53,862 bases of DNA from a virus. Its lineage: Duplodnaviria > Caudoviricetes. The notes beneath the pieces were generated by a model. The model was given only the letters and a program-made list of their open reading frames with translations, made no database searches and was not told the origin of the DNA. Position numbers and translations under genes: made by a program. Positions 12,803 to 22,151 of the stretch are shown here, one piece after another (position 1 is the first letter of the stretch; every line of letters starts with the position of its first letter). The stretch is from IMG/VR virus record IMGVR_UViG_3300025732_000054, positions 1-53,862 of that record; one strand, 5' to 3'.

Positions 12803-15223
12803 ATGCCAACAACAATCGAACACCAAGCCCACAAGGTAAAGTATGTTTGGACATTCAATGAAGATGTCGAAACTGGAACTTTCTGGGATGGTAGTCCGTA
12901 CATCATCAGTAAACCTGGATTGAAACTAGTCGATGTGGAAATGCACACCGAGTTTGGGGTCGAAAAGCCGAATCAAATCATTCCTGACCTGGAGTTGGGT
13001 TGGGCAGGAAAAGAAGGATTCAAAGGCGAACTGTATATCAATGGACTAGTCAAGAATCCACGAGGACAAGACGATTACGGTTCTGATGGACGAGTACGGA
13101 ACCGTGGAAATGCGTTCGACTCCCGATCTTTCGGAACTTCGAATAAGGGCTGGACTCCGTATAAGAGAGCACCGGTAAACGGAAAGTGGACCAAAGTTCC
13201 GCTTCCTACAAATCAAGCGTCTTCGTATAGTGGATTTGACCTGAATACTTTTCTTGCCACCAAAACTCAATTAGAAAACGGTGGAGTGGATGTGGAACTG
13301 GGGGATGTGCTTGTTGTCCAGTGGTCTAATTTTGACATTAACGCTCCACACAAATGGAATGTCGCTAATGCTTTGACCTACCCATATACCCGAACAGTCA
13401 GCCGTTCTTGTTGTATGTCTTACGGAACTCTGTTTGTTTTAGACAAGCATCCGGAAGAAGTTTCGTTCCGACCACCAGTCCTTTGGCCCGAAGAGAACCG
13501 TCGCAACAGACCGCTCTATTCAGTTTCCCGCTTGAACGGCAAACTACCCGACGCATCGGAACTTGTGGTAAATCCGTGGCCGAGAGTGAAAACACCAACC
13601 TTTGTCGGTGATCCTGCTTTCCGCACTTTCTGTTACGGCTTCCCTTTCGGAAACGGAACAACCTATTCGCAGTCCATGCCTCTGTATTCTGGCAGCAAGG
13701 ACGGCACAATCCATGCTTACGGGGCATATTACCAATCTCCTTTGATTTCTCGTCTACAATGCCTCTATTCCAAAGAGGTTCCTGACGCTCAAAGAGCGGA
13801 AGCCCTTAAGGTAATAGTCCAATGGGGTATTGACGCTTTCGGGTCCATCAAGTCGTACGCATGTACTTCTAGTGGTGCTGGTCAACGCCCATGTACGGCA
13901 CGTCCGTGGTCTATCATTGCTGGTCATTTCTTGGGTGAACTTGCCATGCGTGCTCCAGAAACCACCATGATTTCTGACACCACAAGATCTAACGGGTTCT
14001 TGGCAAATAGAGGTGCTGTGACGGAAACTGAAGACGGAGAAGCAGAAACAGGAAACACCAATGAAAAGATGGTGATGATCTACGGCGATCCTAACACAAG
14101 CCTTAGTTCCAAAAAGCGTTGGCACTCCTTACAGATTTCGCTTGAAGCACTTTGCTACATGAAGGTTGTGGATCAAGTGGGAAATGTTCTAGACCATAGA
14201 ACTCTTGGAAAGACCCACCGTAGACTTTTCTCTGGAGCAGGAGCCAATCTTGCCGAAACTCCTGAAGATGTAAAGTACAGTCTGCTCGGAAGTAACTACT
14301 ACAGAGAAGGTTGGTCCGTATTTTCTGGCAAGTGCGCAAATATACAATGGAATGATGTTCCTGCTGATCTCAATAAAAATTGGGCAGCATCACACGACGG
14401 AAAGTCTGGTTCTTTCTTCTACTCTTATGTGAAAGTAGTTTCTGGTCCAGGAGCCGGAGACACCCTTTATCGAATTATAAAGGCATGGGGAGATTTCCGT
14501 AATGCCCAACCGAGCGCACAGAAGTTTAATACCGGATACGGGTTTATGCTCGATAAGCCTTGGCAAAACGGCCAACCAGATCAGACTTCCACTTTCGAGA
14601 TGATTACTTGTACTGAAAAGAATGTGGGAGAGGTGTTCTATCTCATCGGTCCTACCCGTTTCAACGGCATGGCTGATGCGAATCTTTCTCCACACACAGC
14701 ATATGCCCCAATATGCGAAGCCCTTGTGGTCCCCCTGTATGGTTGGATGAAATATATCGAGCAGAAGACTGGTGCTAATCCAGACTTGGACAAGGATGCC
14801 ACCCTAGCACACGAGTATGCTTACAGAATAATCTATACAAGTCCATACGAGTGGGTCACTTACAGCACAGATTACCATGCTATGGGTTGTAATCCTTGGG
14901 AAACAGCAGTGCTGAACAAGTGGTACGGCAGACCTGCCACTCCTGCTGAATTGGCAAAAACTATAGATTGGACAACTCTTAGTGGTGTGAAGACTTGGAT
15001 GGGAGTGGATGTTTCTAATCTTGGAAATCCAGACAGCCTTTTGGGATACGATGCCGACTTCAACAATGACGGTCAGGTAAATTCTGAAGACATGGAAATG
15101 CTCTTGGCAAAATGGGGAACCAATGACCCAACCTACGATCTTGATAATGACGGAATCGTGGGAGCCAGCGATCTTGCTATTCTTCAGGGGGAATGGGACG
15201 AACTAGACGAATTACAAGAATAA
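12803..15223 (+). CDS. large protein with C-terminal dockerin-like (Planctomycete-type) domain; paralogue 1
   Basis: Ends ADFNNDGQVNSEDMEMLLAKWG...DLDNDGIVGASDLAILQGEW; AGGAG SD; CTACATA at 12766. Confidence 0.85.
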   Translation: MPTTIEHQAHKVKYVWTFNEDVETGTFWDGSPYIISKPGLKLVDVEMHTEFGVEKPNQIIPDLELGWAGKEGFKGELYINGLVKNPRGQDDYGSDGRVRNRGNAFDSRSFGTSNKGWTPYKRAPVNGKWTKVPLPTNQASSYSGFDLNTFLATKTQLENGGVDVELGDVLVVQWSNFDINAPHKWNVANALTYPYTRTVSRSCCMSYGTLFVLDKHPEEVSFRPPVLWPEENRRNRPLYSVSRLNGKLPDASELVVNPWPRVKTPTFVGDPAFRTFCYGFPFGNGTTYSQSMPLYSGSKDGTIHAYGAYYQSPLISRLQCLYSKEVPDAQRAEALKVIVQWGIDAFGSIKSYACTSSGAGQRPCTARPWSIIAGHFLGELAMRAPETTMISDTTRSNGFLANRGAVTETEDGEAETGNTNEKMVMIYGDPNTSLSSKKRWHSLQISLEALCYMKVVDQVGNVLDHRTLGKTHRRLFSGAGANLAETPEDVKYSLLGSNYYREGWSVFSGKCANIQWNDVPADLNKNWAASHDGKSGSFFYSYVKVVSGPGAGDTLYRIIKAWGDFRNAQPSAQKFNTGYGFMLDKPWQNGQPDQTSTFEMITCTEKNVGEVFYLIGPTRFNGMADANLSPHTAYAPICEALVVPLYGWMKYIEQKTGANPDLDKDATLAHEYAYRIIYTSPYEWVTYSTDYHAMGCNPWETAVLNKWYGRPATPAELAKTIDWTTLSGVKTWMGVDVSNLGNPDSLLGYDADFNNDGQVNSEDMEMLLAKWGTNDPTYDLDNDGIVGASDLAILQGEWDELDELQE

Positions 15224-15245
15224 AACGAATCTTGATTATAAGAAA

Positions 15246-15275
15246 GAGGGGGTCTTCGGACCCCCTTATTTCTTT
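15246..15275 (+). terminator. intrinsic terminator
   Basis: GAGGGGGTC-TTCG-GACCCCCTT then ATTTCTTT. Confidence 0.85.
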
Positions 15276-15280
15276 GGGTC

Positions 15281-15288
15281 TATAAATA
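15281..15288 (+). promoter_or_regulatory. T4-type late promoter
   Basis: Exact TATAAATA between the terminator and ORF 15323. Confidence 0.8.
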
Positions 15289-15322
15289 AGAGGAATCCAC
15301 CACCGAACGAGAACGAGGACAA

Positions 15323-18085
15323 ATGAGCACAGCAATCATAACACAGGTAATGGACGGTATTACATTCTCTTGGAGCCTGAGTTCTTCGGGAGATGCGGCT
15401 ATAGAATCAGGAACTTTCTGGGATGGAACTCCGTATGTGGTTGCCGCCGAAGGTCTAAAAGTCACAGATGTGGACATTGTGAGCCAACTGGGAGCAGGTC
15501 TTACTTCAGAAAAACCGTGTAGGATTGCCAACCATGAACTTAATACCTTTAGCAACGGGACGAAGTATTACGGAAACCTGTACCTAAACGGGTTGGTAAA
15601 AAATCCCAGAGCAGTGAATGATGTGGATTCAGATTCCACAGGCAGAGAGGGCAACGGACAACAGTTCGACAACAGATACTTTGGTGTTTTTAGTAATGGG
15701 TGGACCCCAATTAAGCACCCTCGATCTCCTAAAACCACCGACGATCCCACGGCATACGGAACTGGTGGTGGATTCAATCTTGAAGGATTTCTGACAACCA
15801 AAAACCAGTTAGAAACTACAGGGATAGGGCTTGCTGCCCATGATGTGGTAATGGTAGCAAAATCAAATTATGATCCCAACAATCCACGCAAGTATTCTAT
15901 GAACGATTCCACAGGATACCCGTATCAGAAACACCTTAGCCGAAGTTGTGTTTTAGGATTTGGTGTGTTGTTTGTTTTAGCGGCGCACCCTGCTGGTGGT
16001 GGTCAGAATTACTTCCGACCTCCTGTTTTGTGGCCTCAAGAAGACCGAGCCAACAGACCGCTACATCTTCTTTCGGCCATAACCCCAAGAGTCCCAAACA
16101 GAGGCGATAGTTCAGATATGGCGGATATTAGGCCAACTCTTGCTGCTGGCACCTGGGGTCGTGGTGTGTTCCGTAATCTTGGAGGCCAGTTCATAAATTT
16201 CTGCTACGGGTTTCCGTTTGGTGGGGGAATAACCTATTCACAAGTCTTGCCCCTGTATCCGGCATACGGAGAAGCACACTGTAACAGTAGCAATAGTTCA
16301 CCATCCGATGCGTATGGAGCATATTTCATTACTGCTCTTCTTGTTCGGTTGACCGCCATATATGCCGATAGATCTGCTGTATTTCTGTCTGACGCCGATC
16401 GACTAAAAGCACTGCGCTCCATTGTTCAGTGGGGTATTGATGCGTTTGGCTCTATCAAGAGTTTCAGCGGAACCCAAAGCGGTGCGGGCCAGCGTCCGTG
16501 TGTGGCTCGGCCCTGGTCTATTATTGCTGGTTGGTTTTTGGGGGTGGAGGACATGCGGGCACCCGAAACCACAATGTTGTACGGAAGTTATGCTCCAGGC
16601 AATCCTACAAATGCGGGAAGACCTCTGACGGCTAGAGGTGCTGCTTGGTTGAACACTTCCATAGGAACAGAAACAAAAACCCTTCGTGGATACAGGTCTG
16701 TGGCAGAAGGCGGAACCGATGGTTTGGTCATTACCAAAGAGAACTGGTTCAACGAGGTCTATGGACACATAGACACTGAAGTGGGCAGAAAACGGAGAGC
16801 GGCACTAATGACCTCTCTAGAGTCTGTTTGCTACTTTAAAGTGGGAGGCGATCCGCAATCCCGAGTGTTGTATTATAAAAATTTGGGCAGAGCAAGAAAC
16901 AGAACTTTTACCACGACGAATGCCAAACCCCTAACCGTGAGCACTTCTTCGGTAGATGAAGCCATCCGTATCTACAATGCCGACTCAAACGCATCACAGC
17001 GATGGCGTGGGATTGTCGGTAAACTTCAGTGGTCTGAAAACCCGTTCCCAACAGGGTGGCCGGCTTCACACGATGGCAAGTCTCCCACTATTCGATTCTG
17101 CTATATTCGTGTCAAGTCAGATCCAGGCAGCAATACCAGCACAACTACCAATTACCGAATACTAAAGTGCGATGGGGATTTCCGCAGCAGCGATCCTGGG
17201 ACTGGTGGAAAATACACTCTGTACTTGGACCGTGATTGGGTTGGAGGAACCCCGAGCAGCGAAGCGACTTTTGAAATGATGGCTTTCACTGAAGAAAATG
17301 TGGGAGATATCATCTACATGATTTCAGTGAACTGGAAAGTTAATGGAGCGCTTGCGGCATTTGTGGAAGCCAATCCTAATCCCACTACGATATACGGAGG
17401 GATCTGCTATCCTATTCTTCTTACTCTGTATTCTTGGATACGGTTTGCCAAAAACAAATTGAATGGTGGACAGCCTGTGGACCTGGACGAAAATTCCACT
17501 TTTGCCCATGAGTTCTTAGAGCAAATCACCAGAAAAATGCCGTATGCTTTTTACGAGTACAGCACCAAAAGTATGGCTTCTCTTTACAATTGGGAAAGAC
17601 CAGTTTTGGGGTGGTGGCTGGGAGAAGGGAATCCTGCTCTTTCTTCTGGCGATCCTGACAGATTCCGTCCATTTAGTGATCTTTTGAGTAGTGGGGCGAC
17701 TGCTGTTGCCTTGGAGTTTGGAGCCAGCGGTTGGGCCAAACTCCCCGGTGTTAAGTACTGGCTGAACGGTGTGTATTTGCCCGCTCTATCATTCAATGAT
17801 GATCCACCCCCCCAATTGCCTACTCCTGACGACTTTACAGATGCGGGAGAACAGGAAAGCGGTGGTGATGCTGGGGACGGTACAGGGGTTGGTGTGTGTG
17901 GAGGGACAGACAGTGGAGCACTACACAGCGACGGTGCTGGTATTTGTGGATGGGCTCCACCCACTCCTACAATCGGTGATAATCCAATAATAAGAGGATA
18001 CAATCCCATAACTGCTATAAAACCAACTTTTGCTTTCTTTAGCGGATACGAACAGGCAATACTCAGACGGAGGAGAACAAGATGA
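15323..18085 (+). CDS. large protein, paralogue 2 of 12803..15223 (no dockerin tail)
   Basis: Shared blocks GTFWDG, LYxNGLVKNPR, FRPPVLWP, IVQWGIDAFGSIKS, SGAGQRPCxARPWSIIAG, ASHDGKS. Confidence 0.9.
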   Translation: MSTAIITQVMDGITFSWSLSSSGDAAIESGTFWDGTPYVVAAEGLKVTDVDIVSQLGAGLTSEKPCRIANHELNTFSNGTKYYGNLYLNGLVKNPRAVNDVDSDSTGREGNGQQFDNRYFGVFSNGWTPIKHPRSPKTTDDPTAYGTGGGFNLEGFLTTKNQLETTGIGLAAHDVVMVAKSNYDPNNPRKYSMNDSTGYPYQKHLSRSCVLGFGVLFVLAAHPAGGGQNYFRPPVLWPQEDRANRPLHLLSAITPRVPNRGDSSDMADIRPTLAAGTWGRGVFRNLGGQFINFCYGFPFGGGITYSQVLPLYPAYGEAHCNSSNSSPSDAYGAYFITALLVRLTAIYADRSAVFLSDADRLKALRSIVQWGIDAFGSIKSFSGTQSGAGQRPCVARPWSIIAGWFLGVEDMRAPETTMLYGSYAPGNPTNAGRPLTARGAAWLNTSIGTETKTLRGYRSVAEGGTDGLVITKENWFNEVYGHIDTEVGRKRRAALMTSLESVCYFKVGGDPQSRVLYYKNLGRARNRTFTTTNAKPLTVSTSSVDEAIRIYNADSNASQRWRGIVGKLQWSENPFPTGWPASHDGKSPTIRFCYIRVKSDPGSNTSTTTNYRILKCDGDFRSSDPGTGGKYTLYLDRDWVGGTPSSEATFEMMAFTEENVGDIIYMISVNWKVNGALAAFVEANPNPTTIYGGICYPILLTLYSWIRFAKNKLNGGQPVDLDENSTFAHEFLEQITRKMPYAFYEYSTKSMASLYNWERPVLGWWLGEGNPALSSGDPDRFRPFSDLLSSGATAVALEFGASGWAKLPGVKYWLNGVYLPALSFNDDPPPQLPTPDDFTDAGEQESGGDAGDGTGVGVCGGTDSGALHSDGAGICGWAPPTPTIGDNPIIRGYNPITAIKPTFAFFSGYEQAILRRRRTR

Positions 18086-18579
18086 GCAGTCCCAACTACC
18101 TAAGCCCTACAGCATTCCGTGTAATCATACCACGAATGCCTACCCTCACGGACTATATCCAGACCGTGAGCATTCCTTCGCTCACCATAAACTCTATGGA
18201 CATACAGTACAAGGGATTTCCCCGTGTGAGTGCTCCGTCTTCACTGGATCTTACAGATCAGATTGTGGTGAACTTTGCGGTTGACGAAGACATGGAAAAC
18301 TGGCAAGAAGTATACAATTGGATGAACTCCATTGTTCTTACGAGCACAAACAACGGGTATATCAATCCTAATACCGAACTGTATTCAGATATCATTGTAC
18401 TCACATACACCAATGCGAAGAAACCCAAAAAGAAGTTTACATTTCACCAGTGCTATCCTGTAAGCATGATGTCTTTCGAGTTCAACTCCATGACCACGGA
18501 AATTGATCCCATCATGGTCAATTGTAATTTCGCATACAAGACCTATGAAATAGAAACGCTTGCTGTAGGAACCCCATGA
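18082..18579 (+). CDS. gp3: tail completion/tail tube terminator protein (T4 gp3-like)
   Basis: NYLSPTAF...QTVSIPSL...FAVDEDMENWQEVYNWM...YSD...F.F...YP pattern of cyanomyovirus gp3. Confidence 0.85.
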   Translation: MSSPNYLSPTAFRVIIPRMPTLTDYIQTVSIPSLTINSMDIQYKGFPRVSAPSSLDLTDQIVVNFAVDEDMENWQEVYNWMNSIVLTSTNNGYINPNTELYSDIIVLTYTNAKKPKKKFTFHQCYPVSMMSFEFNSMTTEIDPIMVNCNFAYKTYEIETLAVGTP

Positions 18580-18797
18580 TTCCAAACAAACAAAAAAAGC
18601 CACAAGAAAACGAAAACTACTGGTTTGCCGGACATCTATCCGACGATGGATATTTTACACCCCTGCTACTTACGGCACGGGAAATGGAAATAGCCAAGAA
18701 AAGAGCAGAACGAAATCCTGAAGATGTTCCCCATCATTCGGTTGCGTTTCAGCAAATATCTGGTGGAAATCCAGTAGGCCAAAAATACCTTTGCTGA
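18576..18797 (+). CDS. small conserved hypothetical protein
   Basis: ATGA overlap; LLLTAREMEIAKKRAERNPED motif. Confidence 0.65.
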   Translation: MIPNKQKKPQENENYWFAGHLSDDGYFTPLLLTAREMEIAKKRAERNPEDVPHHSVAFQQISGGNPVGQKYLC

Positions 18798-18813
18798 AAC
18801 TTGTCAGACGCCC

Positions 18814-18841
18814 TTGACTCGGGGGCAAGTACGGGTATACT
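18814..18841 (+). promoter_or_regulatory. sigma70-type early promoter
   Basis: TTGACT-16nt-TATACT. Confidence 0.8.
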
Positions 18842-18848
18842 CTTCACT

Positions 18849-19049
18849 ATGTCCAAACGACATCTAGACCCCATTGACCTTGCCGCCGAACGGGAAGGCG
18901 TTGCCGTTGCCCAGCACCGGCAGACCATCAACCGCCCTTTCGGACACGGCAAGCGTATTCAGCAACAGCGTCGTGCCCATATGGACGGTTCCAAAAGAAT
19001 TGAATGCCGTATTCTCAAGCAAACATTTGATAGGATTCGATATGCGTGA
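18849..19049 (+). CDS. small basic hypothetical protein, probably leaderless
   Basis: ATG lies 8 nt after the -10 box, no SD; overlaps the next start. Confidence 0.6.
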   Translation: MSKRHLDPIDLAAEREGVAVAQHRQTINRPFGHGKRIQQQRRAHMDGSKRIECRILKQTFDRIRYA

Positions 19050-19254
19050 TTGCGATACTTGCGGCAAGCCTATTCCTCAGATTAGGCTTGAGGCTCTTCC
19101 CCGTGCCACTACCTGTGTGGCTTGCTCTCGGGAGGAAAAGCGTGTAGGATTCATGGATTGGTATCACAAAACAGCACCAGAGTTGGTGGTGGTGGCACCA
19201 GAAAACAAAGAAAGCCTGCGTAGGGCTATTCGTGTGAATTGTAGGAGCCGATGA
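19042..19254 (+). CDS. TraR/DksA C4-type zinc finger protein
   Basis: CDTCGKPIPQIRLEALPRATTCVAC; AGGA SD. Confidence 0.85.
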   Translation: MRDCDTCGKPIPQIRLEALPRATTCVACSREEKRVGFMDWYHKTAPELVVVAPENKESLRRAIRVNCRSR

Positions 19255-20186
19255 TTCGACATTTGGGATATGCTTGCCAAAATCTATCTTTGGCCGAGGG
19301 TCGTAAAAAGAAAGATCGGATTCTTACCGATCGAACCCTTCGCCAAAGTGGATTTTCCCTTGAACGGGTGGGGGATCTGGCCGTACAGAACTCTGCCGAC
19401 CTTTTGCCAATCCTGGAATGGAATCAAAAGAATGGAATCCGATTCTTCCGAATTGGCAGCGGAATGTTTCCTTTCATGGACCATCCTGATCTGCGGTACG
19501 GGCTTGAGGATCTCTCCCAGACCCACAGGGATGCCGTTACAGCCGCCCTCGCACGTGCGGGGGCGTACGGGCGGGCGCACGGGATGCGGCTCTCATGCCA
19601 TCCTGGTCCCTATACCTGTATTGCCTCTCCTGATCCCCAAACGGTGAGCAAAAGTATCTTATGTTTGGAGATGCACTCCCTTATTGCGGACCTTTTGGGA
19701 TACGGTCCCGAGTTCGCAATTAATATTCATGTGGGTGGAACATATGGGGATAAGTCGGGAACCGCCCAACGGTTCTGCCGTAATTTCTCCAGTTTGCCCC
19801 AAACTCTACAGAACCGTATAACATTGGAAAACGACGACAAGGAGTCCATGTGGTCCCTGAGCGATCTCCATTCGTATATTTGGAAAGGGTGTGGAGTAAA
19901 ACTAGTACTGGACATCCATCACCACCGATTCTGTAATCGGGAACCTGTGACCGAAGCAGCCAGTCTCGCTTTTGAAACATGGGATGGATTCTTAGAAATA
20001 CCAAAAATACATTATTCGGAATCTAAACCTAATTCCCGACCCCAAGCCCACTCGGACTACATACAGTACCCTATTCCAGATCTCGGTGATCGGGAGTACG
20101 ATGTTATGATTGAGGCCAAAGCCAAAGACCTCGCACTCCTGCGTTACCGAACCCTCTGTGAAGCATGGACCGGAGTAAAAGTATGA
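19251..20186 (+). CDS. uvsE: UV damage endonuclease UvsE/UvdE
   Basis: LGYAC, IRFFRIGS, RLSCHPG, INIHVGG, LENDD, VLDIHHH, KIHYSES, AHSDYI, DVMIEAKAKD. Confidence 0.95.
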   Translation: MIRHLGYACQNLSLAEGRKKKDRILTDRTLRQSGFSLERVGDLAVQNSADLLPILEWNQKNGIRFFRIGSGMFPFMDHPDLRYGLEDLSQTHRDAVTAALARAGAYGRAHGMRLSCHPGPYTCIASPDPQTVSKSILCLEMHSLIADLLGYGPEFAINIHVGGTYGDKSGTAQRFCRNFSSLPQTLQNRITLENDDKESMWSLSDLHSYIWKGCGVKLVLDIHHHRFCNREPVTEAASLAFETWDGFLEIPKIHYSESKPNSRPQAHSDYIQYPIPDLGDREYDVMIEAKAKDLALLRYRTLCEAWTGVKV

Positions 20187-20572
20187 CTGAAGCAGAAATT
20201 GATGAGATGAAAAAGGAACTGATTCTTCTGCGATCCCAGCGGGAGAAAACTGAAGAAGAGTTCACCAAGATGCGGGCGATGATCCAGCAGTTGTACTCGG
20301 ATCTTGCTAATTCGGACATGGCAGAAACTGAAACCAGTTCTGGTGATTGTGCGAAGGCCATTCTGGAAACTGTACTTGTCCAGTCGGAAACGGGTGGTGT
20401 GCGGGGATCGCCACTACAGTACAACCACGAAACTGGTGGCTGGGCGTTTTGGGACGAGACTGATACAAATCTAAGTAACGAATACCCCACAATTGACGAA
20501 GCCCTAGTTCAATTTGCCCATTATTGTGATTATTTGGATTCCCAAACCACCAAGGGTGGAGAGACGGCATGA
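20183..20572 (+). CDS. hypothetical protein
   Basis: ATGA overlap; N-terminal coiled coil; GWAFWDET motif. Confidence 0.7.
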   Translation: MTEAEIDEMKKELILLRSQREKTEEEFTKMRAMIQQLYSDLANSDMAETETSSGDCAKAILETVLVQSETGGVRGSPLQYNHETGGWAFWDETDTNLSNEYPTIDEALVQFAHYCDYLDSQTTKGGETA

Positions 20573-20826
20573 GTGGATACAGGCTACATATGGACATTCT
20601 CCTACCGTTCACCGAAGCCGAGGCTCTGGAACGGGCTGAGGAGATTGTGCGAATGTTGAGCGATAAGGAAAAAATGCGGGAGATGGGTGTTCAGTCTATA
20701 AACTATCGGCTTGGTCACGACGAGGACCGGCAGAAGAGCAATTACTTTATTAAGAATAGCAATGGTCATGTGAACAACAAAAAGTCCAAAGTTTTGTTTT
20801 CTGAGGACTTGACCGGGGTGGAGTGA
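20569..20826 (+). CDS. hypothetical protein
   Basis: ATGA overlap, GGAGA SD. Confidence 0.7.
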   Translation: MSGYRLHMDILLPFTEAEALERAEEIVRMLSDKEKMREMGVQSINYRLGHDEDRQKSNYFIKNSNGHVNNKKSKVLFSEDLTGVE

Positions 20827-20836
20827 GTGGTATACT
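20809..20836 (+). promoter_or_regulatory. sigma70-type promoter
   Basis: TTGACC-16nt-TATACT with extended -10 TG, 14 nt before tRNA-Ile(TAT). Confidence 0.8.
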
Positions 20837-20850
20837 CTGTGGAGTGTGAT

Positions 20851-20925
20851 GCGCCGTGGGAGGTCTTGGTTATCTCAGCCCGACTTATAATCGAGTAAGA
20901 CTAGGTTCGATTCCTAGACGGCGTA
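20851..20925 (+). tRNA. tRNA-Ile(TAT), atypical
   Basis: GCGCCGT/ACGGCGT acceptor, A73, CCCGA-CT-TAT-AA-TCGAG(T), CTAGG-TTCGATT-CCTAG. Confidence 0.8.
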
Positions 20926-20975
20926 CTGAATGTGATGGGTTCAATTTTAACAATTTTAACAAAGGAGAGTGCCTA

Positions 20976-21497
20976 ATGTTTGTGAAGAGTTCAAGTTTTC
21001 ATCAGGATTTGCTCAATGTGGTGGGTGTGCTTGCGGGCGGTGTTGCCCTGTACGGGTATGCTGAAGGCAATCACTCCTTGACTGTTGCTGCGGCAGCGGT
21101 GTGTGCGGGTTCGTTCTTTGCGGTTTCCCGTATTCTGAACGGGTCGATTCTCCGCAGTGACGAGAACGAGCGTTTCAGTAAGGTGTGGTCGGAAGTAGAC
21201 AGCCTACACGAAAAGATTGAACGGCAAGACAACGCAATCCACGACCGGATTTTTGAAGTGGAAGACCGTCTTGCGAAGCGGCTAGCGGAAATGGTTCCCC
21301 AGTCCGAGTTCAATGACTACATGCGGAACACCAGCGACCGCTTTGACGAGGCTTATCGCCAAATGGAAGATCAATCATCAAACATCTGCCGTATGCACGA
21401 ACAGGAGACTGAAGCCGTGCACAGGCGGATTGACGAAATCACCGAACTCACCAATGAGTGTCGGGAGGCTTGCGATTCAGGCAAGCGTAGCAAGTAA
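20976..21497 (+). CDS. membrane-anchored coiled-coil protein
   Basis: AAAGGAGAG SD before ATG at 20976 (the ORF-track start lies inside the tRNA); two TM segments then a charged coiled coil. Confidence 0.8.
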   Translation: MFVKSSSFHQDLLNVVGVLAGGVALYGYAEGNHSLTVAAAAVCAGSFFAVSRILNGSILRSDENERFSKVWSEVDSLHEKIERQDNAIHDRIFEVEDRLAKRLAEMVPQSEFNDYMRNTSDRFDEAYRQMEDQSSNICRMHEQETEAVHRRIDEITELTNECREACDSGKRSK

Positions 21498-21521
21498 GCG
21501 TTTTACGAAAGGAGAAAAACA

Positions 21522-21728
21522 ATGAGTAAGAACGCTAATGAGACGGTTTGTGGAACTAGTGCTTGGTGCGGTGGGGACTTCCTCACCAGAGCGCTCGGGA
21601 AGGTTGGAGTTTCCCGTAGCCTGCTCGTCACCCTCGCAGTTCTTCCATTCGCCTGGAGCGGTGTAGCATTTGTTAAGAATGCCGTCGTCCACGTTTGGAA
21701 CTTCATCACCACGGCTGTCGCCCAGTGA
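21522..21728 (+). CDS. small membrane protein
   Basis: AAGGAG SD; hydrophobic C-terminal half. Confidence 0.75.
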   Translation: MSKNANETVCGTSAWCGGDFLTRALGKVGVSRSLLVTLAVLPFAWSGVAFVKNAVVHVWNFITTAVAQ

Positions 21729-21732
21729 TACT

Positions 21733-21757
21733 TGGCCCATCACAATGTGGTGGGTCA
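21733..21757 (+). terminator. hairpin before tRNA-Glu (terminator or processing stem)
   Basis: TGGCCCATCAC-AAT-GTGGTGGGTCA; weak U tract. Confidence 0.4.
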
Positions 21758-21760
21758 CTT

Positions 21761-21834
21761 GCTCCCATAGATTAACTGGCTAAATCCCCGCCCTTTCAAG
21801 GCGGTGAGTCGGGGTTCGAGTCCCCGTGGGAGTA
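21761..21834 (+). tRNA. tRNA-Glu(TTC)
   Basis: CCGCC-CT-TTC-AA-GGCGG; GGTTCGAGTCC. Confidence 0.9.
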
Positions 21835-21911
21835 TTCAATCAGAACTAACACGACCTTAACACAACCGTGTCTACATACCTGCTCTAACACAGGAAAACA
21901 CGGAGGAAAAA

Positions 21912-22151
21912 ATGGAACTAGCACTACTAGGGGCGGGAGTCATATCATCTGTTCTTCTCTATAAACACGGAAAGAAAAAAGGGCAAGAACAGGGATACAC
22001 ACTCGGATACGATCACGGTATTTTCAAAGCACAAGAGTTCGCAGAAATCATAGCCAAACAGCGGACAATAAATGAAAAACTCGTCCCCGGCCATAAGCCA
22101 ACCAAAGCCCGATTCCACAAGCACGGAAAAGACGTCGCCTGGGTCGGTTGA
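21912..22151 (+). CDS. small protein with N-terminal membrane anchor
   Basis: GGAGG SD; CTACATA at 21872; GxxxG pattern. Confidence 0.7.
   Translation: MELALLGAGVISSVLLYKHGKKKGQEQGYTLGYDHGIFKAQEFAEIIAKQRTINEKLVPGHKPTKARFHKHGKDVAWVG

Noticed and set aside
20856-20975. N-terminal extension of ORF 20856..21497
   Set aside because: Lies inside tRNA-Ile(TAT); a strong SD supports ATG at 20976
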